64,000 nt of DNA from assembly GCF_009914755.1 (NCBI RefSeq), contig NC_060925.1; one strand, 5' to 3'. Source of the stretch: the human T2T-CHM13v2.0 reference genome, Homo sapiens. This document shows, one piece after another, positions 33,403-47,870 of the stretch. Positions within the stretch are counted from its first letter, which is position 1; every line of letters starts with the position of its first letter. Position numbers and translations under genes: made by a program. The notes below the pieces were generated by a model. The model was not told the DNA's origin. It saw only the letters and a program-made list of their open reading frames with translations, and ran no database searches.

Positions 33403-35204
33403 ATGTGTCCCTGAGGCTGAAAATGTGGATGGCTTTGTCATGGGTACTGAGGTAGAGACAAGGACTTCAAGAAGTTAACAATATATTGACACTCAATTAT
33501 GACACAAAGCAAAATATGGTAGGATGTCTGAGAAAAGTAAAAAGTGCTTGAGGACTACAGAAAAGAGAAGGCCCATCCTAGGATCTATCAGGAAATGTTC
33601 CATTAAAAAGCTGCCATTTGAACAGCTATAAAGAGCTATAAAGAACAATGAGGGTTCTATTAAGCCATCACATGCAATGGGGAGAAAAAGGCATATAGGT
33701 GTAAGAGGAATGAGGCAATGTATGGAAGCCAAAAACTATGAATTAGAACGACATAGTTTGGAAGCAAGACAAAAAATCAAAGCCAATGAATGGGGATTCT
33801 TATATGCCATGCTGAAGGGCTAGAACTTTGAGGTGGAGTGGGCAGAGCAACTGATGCAGAGTTGGAAGATCTGATTTCTAGTGCCCTTTCTACCAATTAC
33901 CAGTTGGTAAAGGAAAAGGGTGTTTCTCTGCGCTGTCCCCTGCATTGTAGACTGCAGGCTACTGATTGGGCTTGTACTGAAATGCTGTTCTCAGGCTGGC
34001 ACAGTCCTAGTCAGATTCCAGTTTCTGTCCCTGAAAACAGCAGGTGAAGAACCTGAAGATATTGGGGGACAGAAGCAGTGACTGAATTTCAGAGTACCTT
34101 GAGATAAAGCTTAGTCTGGGATTATTAACTAAGTTTTATGGATGATAAAATTGAGGTGCAGAGAGGTTGCATGAATCACTCAGCTAGTTCATGGAATTAG
34201 CCGAATGCACTAGAACTGAAATTTCCTGACTTCCAAGTCAGAGCCCTACAATACCACACTGCCACTGGGAGCAGAGAATTCTAACCTAGGATCACATCCT
34301 ACAAGTGTACCCTAAAGGATATAGGAAGTCAGAGAGCAAAACTGCACCTGGGGTTATTGGAGGAACAGCTCCATGAGAGCAAAGGAGTTGCCACAGTACC
34401 TCTCCCCTTGGTTCATGCAGCTTGGAATCAAGGTATAAATAAAAGCCTGAAATTCCTATATTAATGTTGTCTTTGACCTCAGCCTAATGCTCCTGTTAGT
34501 ATCCACTTACAGCTTATATTTCTTGAAATTTTGCAAATTCCTTTTCAAAAGCCTATTTATCGTTATGTTAATACCTGCTTATGGTTAGTGTCAAGAAAAT
34601 ACTATTCTAGGAGTAATAAGTTTTAAAAGTTTTGATAAATGGCTCTCTGTTTCAGAAGCAGTGAGTGTAAATCCCTGAATCGGGGGTTAGGTAACTCGGA
34701 TCTAGTCTGAATTCCAAAACTTGCCAACTTTAATATCTTTGTATAAGACACCACTTTTTGAAATTTTCTCACCTAATCCCCTGAAAGGGTTTAATAAACT
34801 ACTTGTAAATCTTTGTAAATAAAAGCTATTATTTTTGTTGCTATAAATGTTAAGAAGTGGTTTTCCAAGTTTAACCAAGAAGGAAGAGAAGAGATGGCTG
34901 CTCTAGGACGTTGGTACTGCCTGTTTGGGATGATGGGCCTGGGATTGGCCATTTTGCTTTTCTTGGGAAGTTTCCTCTTTCCTCTGTCTTCTGCGGGTAA
35001 CGACCATTACATCCTTTGTACTTCCATGAGACTTTATGCTTACTTTTTACTAGAGGACCTAGTACATATTTGTTTACATCGTTTTTTCTTCCATTTACCT
35101 GGGAATTCAATGAGAAGTGTGTCTTACTCATCTTTGGGTCTTCACAGTGGGATAAAGTGGATTGCATGATATGTGAGTTGTACCTATACAAATGTATCTA
35201 ACTA

Positions 35205-35631
35205 CAGTTGACTCTTAAACAACATGTGTTTGAACTGCACAGGTTTACTTATAAACTTGTAGATTTTCTTCCACCTCTGTCACCCCTGAGACAGCAAGAC
35301 CAACTACCCCTCTTCCTCCCACTCAATGTGAAGATGACGAGGATGAAGACCTTTGTGATGATTCACTTCCACTTAATGAATAGTAGATATGTTTTCTCTT
35401 CCTTGTGATTTTCTTCATAATGTTTCCTTTTCTCTAATTTACTTTATTATAAGAATATACTATGTAATACAACATACAAAATATGCATTGACTGTTTATG
35501 TTATCAGTAAGGCTTCTGGTCAACAATAGGCTATTGGTAGTTAAGTTTTGGGGGAGTCAAAAGTTATCCATGGATTTTTGACTGCACATGGGTCAGTCCC
35601 CCTAATCCCCATGTTGTTTAAAGGTCAACCA
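35205..35631. mobile_element. Tigger2a (TcMar-Tigger) non-autonomous element
   Basis: TIRs cagttgactcttaaacaaca / tgttgtttaaaggtcaacca; TA TSD on both sides; internal 'gaagatgacgaggatgaagacc'. Confidence 0.88.
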
Positions 35632-36214
35632 TATAGATGGTTGGGTGGGGTTGTGGGAGGAAAGCGAAAGAAGAGAGGGAGAAAGATTTAACTAGGGCAA
35701 GTAAGTGATGCCACTTACCATTGCACTTAATGTGCCTATGGCCCTGAATAAGCAGTATTTTGGAGAGCATCATTTTCTATTTTCCATTCTCTCACACAGA
35801 CCCTGTTTCTCTATGCCTCTTATAGTGTGAGCATATTGCTGTGCTGGGTGTGATTCTCGTGTTTAAAGGTACATATTTTTCCTACAACATGGCCGCTAAA
35901 CTCAGCCAACTACTTCATCTGTCCCAATCTGAAATAGCTGCAAGCTGTTCCAGTGCTGGCAGAAAAACTTGCTCTGTTGGAATTAATGATAGATGGGGTG
36001 CTAGTCTCTGATGTAACCCTTTCCTGAAAGATTTTCAAGGGTAATTTTGGCTATGCCGTATATCTCACCTCTGCATTTAAATATGGACTGTTGGGTATCC
36101 CTCACAACTTGGCAATATCTTGGACATATTCCATAGCTTTTTCAGTCATATTTGGGTTTAGAATTATCTACTTTTGTAGATATTAAGATGCCCAGTTCAC
36201 TGAGGGGCTGCTGC

Positions 36215-36490
36215 TATACATTCTGAAGTCCAAAGTCCAGATAGGCTGAAGTCTTGATGTCCAAAGCAGGAGAAGAAAAGGGTATCCCAGGTCTGGAGAG
36301 AGAGACCAAATCACCTTTTTTCTATTTTTGTTCTATTTGGGCCCCCAGCAGATTGAATGGTGCCCACCCACATTGAGGGAGAATCTCTTCCACTGATTCC
36401 ACGTCGACTCACATATTAATCTCTTCTGGAAACACTTCATTCTAACTATTCCTTCATCCAGTAAAGTCAACACCTGAAATTACCATAATG
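36215..36490 (-). mobile_element. MLT2 (ERVL) LTR fragment
   Basis: 'tggtgcccacccacattgaggg...atctcttctggaaacac...catccagtaaagtcaacacctgaaattacca'. Confidence 0.75.
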
Positions 36491-38290
36491 CTACAATCCC
36501 AGATTCCTTTGCCGATTAGATTGTGGTAAGGTCTAAGCAGGAAAGATGGTGGAATATTGGAGCCCAAAAGGAGGGGAGAATCTCCCATTGCTTTAGGCTG
36601 TACCTACGTCAGGGGCAACATCTCCTTTGTTGTCCCAGCTCCCACCATCTAGCCTATTCCCTCTAGGTTCCTCTGGGTGACCCTAACACCTGAACACAGG
36701 CAGCACCAACTCCCTTACTTGTTTGTTCTCCAGTTCTTGTGGTAGCACCTTCCTACCATTGCTGATGTTTAAGTTGTCTTACCATTCCTTGTTTGAAGCT
36801 TTGCAAGTTAGTTTCCCATATTAAATTCTCTCCGTTGGATACAAATGAACAAATAAATAATAAATAGGATTGCCAGTTCATTTCAAATCACACCTTTATT
36901 CTCTCACCCAGTTCCAAAATTTCCTTCCCACACTTCCTACCAAGGTTAGACCCCATTCAAAAATCTGTAAGACAACAGAAGAAGATGTGTAGTATTTTGT
37001 TCCTTCCACTATTGTACTGCCTTGTTCTGCTCTTTTTCCCCTTTCTTTGTTTCTAGCTGCTCTTGTGCTAGGGTAAGAAAGATGAGATGAGAGATATAGG
37101 GGCAAAGTCATGCTTGACAGGTGAGGATAAAATTTGGCTGCAGTGCCTACCATGTGGCAGATAGTTGAAAATGGGCTCTCTCATTCTGGGAACTTCTGTG
37201 GGTTCTTTGGAGACTCCTTTGAGGGCCTTTGGCACTGCACTGATTCTTAATATTGGAAACCCGTTCCCTAGATGAGCTCTTACAAAACTCTTTGCTTAGT
37301 CCCTGCACACAACTCTTTGCTTAGTTCCTGCGTAGGATGGTAGACTGTCAGACTTTTTTACTGGTATTGTCTTGTTCTGGCAGGCAGCCTTCTAGGATGG
37401 AGGCCTTTCAAGATAGTAGCTCATGAGAGAATCCCTTAGCTCAGAGGAAAACTCGACGTCCTTGCCACACCAAACTCTGGAAGAATAAGCCACTTACACT
37501 GCTATCTTTTCTTCTCTTGTCACTTTGGTCCACACAAGGTTTGTCTTTACACATAACCTCAAAGCCCTGAGAACACTTTATCATCATCCCTCAAGAATTG
37601 CCCCAGGCTCAGCTCTGACCCAAGGGCACTAGAAAGTCTCTGCAGCTCACGTCTCAGTTGGAAGCTAACGTGTCAATCCTCTCTTCTGGAAGACAGTCTC
37701 TGTGAGAGATTTTCCTGAGCTCCTGTCTCACTTGACTTAGGAGGGGGTCACCTATGAGGAGAAGTGAGGAAATACTACAGTACTCCTGACTTGCTTTGCA
37801 GTTTTTTACCTCAATGGCTCTGAATTTCTCATTTCAAATGTCTTGAGTTTTTTGTTTTTTAAATAAGCTGAAGTTGGCTCACAGCACTAATTTTTTCATC
37901 TTATAATAAATCTTTCAAGGATGTAGGTTGCTTTTGTCTCAGATGTATGGATATTTGTTACCAGTTATCTTTTTCTTTGGGCTTCTGTTTAAATTTCAGG
38001 ACAATAGAAAGTTCACTTCAACATTTTGATAAATAACATTTTAGATTTTTTGCCTTGTATACTAATTTTAAGAGCCAAATTCCCTCTTATATAATTTCAC
38101 CCAATGCTTACTTGCTCAGTACATATTTTTGAATTAAATTATGTCCATATCCATACTTGGGGCTATACCAAAAGAAATCATTTGGTCTCCAGAGAATTCT
38201 CCATCTCTGGTTGAGGTCAGCTCTTAAATTGAGAAAATCTCTTCCGCCAGTTTTCAGAAAAGGCCTGCTGGCCTAACAGTGATCCTACTA

Positions 38291-38631
38291 CAGTCATGTG
38301 TCACTTAACAATGGTGATATGTTCTGAGAAATTCATTGTTAAGCAATTTCATTATTGTGTGAACATCATAGAGTGTACGCACACAACTTAATTGGTTTAG
38401 CCTACCACGTACCTAGGGTATATGGTACAGCCTATTGCTCTTAGGCTACAAACCTGTACAACAGGCTACTGTACTGAATACTATAGGCAATTGTAGCACA
38501 ATGGTATTTGTATATCTAAACATATCTAAATATAGAAAAAGTACAAAAATATACTATATTTTAATTTTATGGGACTACATTGTATATGTGGTCCATCATA
38601 GACTGAAACATCATTATGTAATACATGACTG
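38291..38631. mobile_element. Tigger3a-like (Golem/MER7) element
   Basis: TIRs cagtcatg / catgactg with TA TSD; internal 'ctcttaggctacaaacctgtacaac'. Confidence 0.88.
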
Positions 38632-39277
38632 TACCTGTCAAAGACAGCATATAAAGAAAAAAATATGCATAAACCTTACTAATGAATTTTAAAAACACCC
38701 TACCAAGTAAAACAGAGCAAATGGAATCCAATGCTACAGCAATAGAATATGATTAAATTGATTTATTTCAGGAATGCAAGAATAATTTGTTAGGAAATTT
38801 GTTAATATAATTTGCTATATAAATAGGTCAAAGGAGAAAATCTCAATAAATAGTAAAAAAATACTTGAAAAATTAAACATCTATCCCTCAGTTAAATGTT
38901 TTTTAAGGGTGAAAATAGATGGATTCTTCCTTGACATAATAAATAATGTATTTTAATTTAAACTCCAGTACCACTCTTAGTAATTCTAATTAAACTTAGG
39001 GAAAAGGCATTCTAATGAAACTAATTAAACATTCTAATTAAACTCAGGAACAAGACAAGTTGCTAACAATTATTATTATTGCTTAACATTGTTTAAAAAG
39101 TACTAGCCAATGCAATTAGAAAAGAAAAATAATTAATATGTAAATATTATGACAGAAAAAACTTTAAACATTATTTCTACTTGATATAATCATATGTCTG
39201 AAAACTCCAAGGAAATCAACTGGGAGGAAAAAAACTTTACAGACAATAAGAGAATCCAGTAGGTAACTGATACGTAA

Positions 39278-39561
39278 TTTTTTTTTTTTTGAGATAGGGT
39301 CTCACTCTGTTGCCCAGGCTGGAGTGCAGTGGTGTGAACATAGCTCACAGCAGCCTCAACTTGCTGGGCTCAAATGAGCCTCCTGCCTCAACCCCCTAAG
39401 TAGCTGGAACTACAAGTGTGTGCCACCATGCCCAGCTAATTTTTATAGACAGGGTTTCGCCATGTTTCCCAGGCTGGTGTCGAACTTCTGAGCTCAGGTG
39501 ATCCTACTGCTTTGGCCTCCCAGAATGCTGAGATTACAGGCATGAGCCACTGTGCCCGGCC
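39278..39561 (-). mobile_element. AluJ-like element
   Basis: 'catagctcacagcagcctcaac'; TSD approximately tgRtaYgWaatt. Confidence 0.92.
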
Positions 39562-39804
39562 TGGTATGAAATTAATAAATAAATGTTAATAACTAAAACA
39601 GAAAAAATGTAAAGTTTAGAAAATATACTGAGATAAAATATCTCATTTACCAAAGACACAAATGCAATTACTTACAAATAAATTCAACAAGGAAGGTGCA
39701 GGGCATATATGAGGAAAACTTTGTATCTTAAGGGAGAACATGATAATAATTCATGTTATCATGTATCACGGGCTATCATAATAGCACAAGGAAGAAAATC
39801 ACTG

Positions 39805-41492
<1,688 letters not shown>

Positions 41493-42849
41493 AAGAAAAT
41501 CACTGGTAACAAATATCTATACATCTGATAATTGAGAAGAATTATTCCTCATAACTCTCTGCTTCTATGGTGCAAAATGACAATTCAGCAAAACGAACTT
41601 TGCTGAGGGACATAAAACAAGACTAATGAATGAAAAAATATATTGTTCTTGGATAGGGAGAATGAATATTGTAAACATGCCAGTTCTCCCTACATTAATT
41701 TAGATAAGCAAGTAATTTCAATAAAAATACCAACTTTGTTTTGATTTTGATAAAGTGATGCTATAGTTCATTTGGAAAACTAAACATGGGAAAATTCTAG
41801 AGATTAAAGAGGGAGAACAAGCTTTGCAAATAATAAACTGTATTATGAATCTTTAATATTTAAAACAATAGATAATACAGAAATAGAATTAAAGCCACAT
41901 GGAAATTGATTATTGATAAAAAGATATTTTAAATTAATACTGATTATTAATTATTTGTTAAAATATTTGGTTGGAGAAAACTGACATAGCATTTGGAATA
42001 AAATATTTTTTAAACAAATTTCTACTTGATACCTTGTGCCAAAATAAATACTAGATAAAGGTTTAAAATAAAACCCACACAGTAAATGTTCTACAAAAAA
42101 AAAATTGAACTTATTTTTAATACTTTTAATAATAAGGAAGATTATTCTAAGACATAAAATCCAGAAATCATAAAAAAGGATAAATTTAACAATATAGATA
42201 TTTAATACTTGTACACAACAGAAAAAAGACATAAACAGTAATGAAAGGGAAAACACAAACTAGGAAAGTATTTGCTTATAAAGAGTGCTTTTAAAATATC
42301 AAGAAGACTAACAGAACATTAGAAAGATGGATGTGAAGATACAAAGAAATATAACTGAGTAACCTCACTTAGAAGAAATGCATTTTAACATATTCATTTG
42401 TCAAAGATTAAGAAGTGTGATCATTTCCAGTGTTGGCTTAGACATAGGAAAACAGGTGCACTCATGCATTGTTGGTAGGAGTGTAAATTGGTGAAATATT
42501 TTTTATAGATTACTTTGGCATGATTTGCCAAATTTTGAAATGTGCATATTCTTTGAATAACTCCATTTGTAAGAATTTATCATATATAAGTGATAAATTT
42601 CATATATATCATATATATGATGAATATGTGATAAGTTATATATCACATATATATGATGAATATATATGATACATATATATGGTGTTCAGCATTGCCTGCA
42701 CACTCTATATATATGTTGCTGACAATGCTGCAAGATTGTCTGAGATAATCAAAAAGTTGGAAAAAATACATAAATGTTTACCAAGCAGGAATAGTTAAAC
42801 AAATGATGATATGTTCATACTAGTATCCCTTAACAAGCTTGAGACAAAT

Positions 42850-43229
<380 letters not shown>

Positions 43230-43349
43230 TTATGTCATATATGATTTTATTTGTGTGGTATGAAAAGAATGTTCAATCAATGTGTGTTGTGTGTATTTTT
43301 ATATATAGGTTTTACATGTAGAATTACAACAAACTATAAAAGGTGGTTA

Positions 43350-43691
<342 letters not shown>

Positions 43692-43803
43692 CTATACTGC
43701 TTAAATTTGTGGCTGTTTTACATAAGCCATATACTTTCATAACTTAAAAACTAGTTAGAAAAGTTTCAACAATTAATAAAAGGCCAAGGCCTATAGCAGA
43801 GGC

Positions 43804-44281
43804 TGTGGACACTCTGTTCATATCCCTTTCTTTTTTGACTTCCGTGCATAGTTCCTGACTTCGGTGCATAGTTGCTGACTTCCAACTTCCAGCACACACT
43901 TATTGGAGGGGCGGTGGGCTTTCTCTGGCTCCTGAAGCCTTTTGCCTACCCATATGTTAGGCTGGAAAAGCCAAGGAATTAATGTCCCTCGGGAGCAGCC
44001 TTAACCAATGACTAATAGGAGAGTTGTATAAATTCTTTGGCTGCCTTACTCCTTGAGTGGGGTTTGTGTCCTATATTGGCTGAGAGTGTTCCCAGTGGGA
44101 CTAAGTTCCAGGTTCCCAAGGCAGGAACTAGTTCCCAGCTAGTTCCCACTGGAACTTTACTGGCTGCCTTCATTTCTCTGTCTTACTCCTTTACCAATTT
44201 TTTTTTTCATCTTCCAAATAAACAACTAGCACCTACATCCTTGTCTTATGATTAGCCTCTGGAGGAACTTCGATCAGGACA
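43804..44281 (+). mobile_element. LTR16-like ERVL solo LTR
   Basis: 'ggaattaatgtccctcgggagcagccttaaccaatgactaatagg' and 'ccaaataaacaactagcacctacatccttgtct'. Confidence 0.7.
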
Positions 44282-44651
44282 GGGTCTCTCTGTGGTTGCT
44301 GTGCAGAGAGAAATGTGCTCGATCACGGTACCGAGTGGTTGAGCAGATCTGTCCAGGACACGTTTATGCAGATATTACCCAGATGTGAGCATCTATAAAC
44401 CACTAAAAGGAGTTTTGGTTTGTGGGAAATCAAGACACCCTTTGTGCATGAGACCAGGAGCTGCTCAGTGCTAAGTTGGTGGGCAAGAGTGGGCTTTTTT
44501 GGTTTCTGCTCCTAAATCTTCTGGAAAGTTGAGGGAAGCTGAGGAGCTGAAGAATAAGACCTGAAGTATTCAGAGAGCTCACCCTGTATGGTTTTATGGT
44601 ATCTCCTGTTTCCCTAAGCAGTCTTATTTACTCCATACAGGATGATGGGAA

Positions 44652-44713
44652 GTGTGCATGTGTGTTTATGTGTGTGTGTGTGTGTGTGTGCAGGCATGCG
44701 TGCATGTGTGTGT
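44652..44713. repeat. (TG)n compound microsatellite
   Basis: Directly visible. Confidence 0.9.
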
Positions 44714-46458
44714 GGTGGGGAGGGTTAGTTGCAGAATCTGGGGACCTTTTCCACAGCCTGTGGTGGAGGTGTTTGTCCCAGGCCCTCAGCGTCCCAATCA
44801 CAATTCGGTTTTACCCACACTTGTGTTCCACCAGGATTTATAGAGCTGTCAGCTTATAATTGGACTGAAGGGCTGAGTTCAGTTATGGAAACAGAATTTC
44901 TTTCAGTTCTTATGTTTTGAACAGTTGAGCATTTTACAGCTGGGTTAGTGAAACGTTTTAATGCTATTGGTGTCATGAAACATTTTATAGAAAGGGATAA
45001 TTGAGTTTTTATTTTTACTAGAAAATAATGCTACCAGCCTGGCTTTGGAGACCAAAACAGGGAAGAGCTCAATTAAGGACCAGAATTCAGGGAGACTCAG
45101 TAATTATGAAAACTACATAGAGACAAATGCAGAAAAACAAGACCAGAGAAAGCACAAACTAATTTTGATTCTTCTGTAAAATTCTTGTCAGAACAATGAA
45201 ACAGTCAAGGACATTATAAATCCATTCATTTATTTCAAAATTTGCAAAACAAATCCCTTCTTACACATAGTATTTGTACAACATGAAATTATTATTCAAT
45301 AAGTTGACATTTTAAACCTATTACTGCCTAAACCCATCTATTACTGAGCTATTCAGAGCACTAAGTTAACATTTACCAGAACATTCATCCTCACATCATG
45401 GGGAGATCAAGCTGAAATCCTTTATTTCATATTCAGATCTTGCCAGGTCAGGATTGAAATCGGCTACCTTTCTGATACTTTACTGAAAAGCCACTGTGAA
45501 ATCCACAAAAGAATTATTATCAAGTTAGTGCAGTTATTCAGCTGGATGTTGACTTTGATATGTCAAATCTCTGATCTTTAATAGAAAATTGATGGTCGTG
45601 CCCTGAGGGTCAGTCATATGCATGACCAGGATAGGCCAAGGTTTGCATTAAATTACATCCAGTCTTGTGGTCTCATTCCCTGGCAGCCAAAGTCAAACAA
45701 AGCAAATGGATCCCTTGCTAGTTGGGTCTCTTCATTGTTTTGTGTTGGCATATGGATTTAATTCTGTAATGGGGGACTGCTGGGCACAATCTGCCTTATT
45801 GATTTTCTGGAGAGAGGTTTTTCTTAGAGCACCCGGAAGTGCAATAAAATAAAAGCAACTGGTGCAATTTTTCTTTTTCTCTGCCTTGCATGGTTGTGCT
45901 AGCAGCAGATTGATTCTGCCACTAGAAATCTTATGAAGATATTAAATTATATTATCAATCAATTGGTTTTTAGAGGATTGGCTTTCTCTGTGTTAGAGGG
46001 CTAAAGAAAAGGAGATAGTAATTCCCTTATGTCTTAATCGTGAGGCAAGTTACTTGCCCATTGTGTTCCGTAGATTTGAGCTGTGCTAAAATGGACTCTT
46101 TCCCTAATGGTAATGGCTGACATGCTCAAATTTCCGGTATTAGAGGCGGGAAGGCTGGGGGATATTGGAGAGGAAGATCATTATATAAGGTTAGTAGTTT
46201 TCACAGATTCCAGTGTCAGCAGAGGGGGTCAGCAGCTGGTGGTGGAGAGTTCAGCTCCCCTGGCAGAAATCATACAGTATGGGCTAGAATGGCCCACCAC
46301 ATCCACTTCCTCCGCCCCCACACCCACACTCAGTGATGCAGATGAGAACTTTGAGACCCAAAGTTGAGGGATTTCTACAGTCTCAGAGATAGTGAGTGTC
46401 CTAGTCCAGTCTAGTAGGTTACTAAACAAAATGTTAAAAGAAAAAGAGAAATAAATAA

Positions 46459-46880
<422 letters not shown>

Positions 46881-47384
46881 TAATGTGCATAAATATCAGC
46901 AGTTGGTATTTGGCAGCTTCTCCTAGGACAGGGCTCACTGGAATGGGCCCTTGAAATTGGGTTTTGGGCCTCATCTCCTTTATGCCTGCTCAGAAGCAGT
47001 GGTTTTTATGCTGCATTGAACTTAAATCTGTGAGGAAATGGGCACAGCACTGTATATGTTGTTTGGGTTGGTTTATTACTTTCCCAGTTAAAACAAGCAG
47101 GACCCATTTTAGTTTCCCGGTGTTTGGTTGACCAAATCCACCTCAAGTTGCATTGCTGATATCTAAGTGAAGAAGGACTTACTTCTAAGAAGAGGACAAT
47201 TATGTGAGGTGGGAACAAGAGCACATTGTCAGACCACAAGAGGCCAGAAGGTTACAACACATATTATTCATGTGACTATAGAGACTCACTTTTAAATTGC
47301 TTTGATGACTGTATATTTCTAAAATCTGCACTGGAGGCCACCACATCTGAAAATGTTTTGGGGATCAAGACGAATAATAGCAAT

Positions 47385-47870
47385 AATATTAACAGCAATA
47401 GTTATATTTTTGAAAGTTTTACCATATACTAAATATTATGCTAAGCACATTACATGATTTTTTTTCACCCTAAAGAGGAAGCTTCTGAAAATATTCTTAT
47501 TCTGCAGATGGGGGAAATACAGCTTAGGAAAGTGAAATAAGTTGCCTAGAGTCCTGTGGTAAGTGGGCCAATCAGCCTTCAATGCCAGGTGTGTTTGATT
47601 CCAAAGTACCAGTTCTCATCAACTCTGCCTTGCAATACCGGTATAGGATGCAAGCAGGAAAAAGCACAACTTCTTGCTTTCTTTATGCAGCTTTTCTCTG
47701 AAATGTTGGATGGAGGCGCTGAAAATAAATGGATATCCATCCTGTCATTTTCTAGAGTCATTCATTTGTTAACTCGACAAACATTTGTTAAGGCCGTGCT
47801 ACCTGCAGCAAACCGTGTGCTAGGGGCTGGGGAGACAAAAATGGAGAAGTCTTGGTTTCTGTCTCATTAA
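47385..47870 (-). mobile_element. MIR (about 47385-47630) and L2 3' end (about 47757-47870)
   Basis: 'ttctgcagatgggggaaatacagcttaggaaagtgaaataagttgcc' and 'tcattcatttgttaactcgacaaacatttgtt'. Confidence 0.6.

Larger units (their letters stand above)
32445..33850 (-). mobile_element. L2 relics interrupted by MER58A and MLT1
   Basis: 'ttcatttatttaacagatagttgttcaatgtctagtatgagcc' terminus and further purine-rich L2 blocks. Confidence 0.55.

Noticed and set aside
46083-46367. 94-aa ORF in GC-richer unique DNA
   Set aside because: Non-ATG start, no recognisable domain and no convincing splice boundaries.
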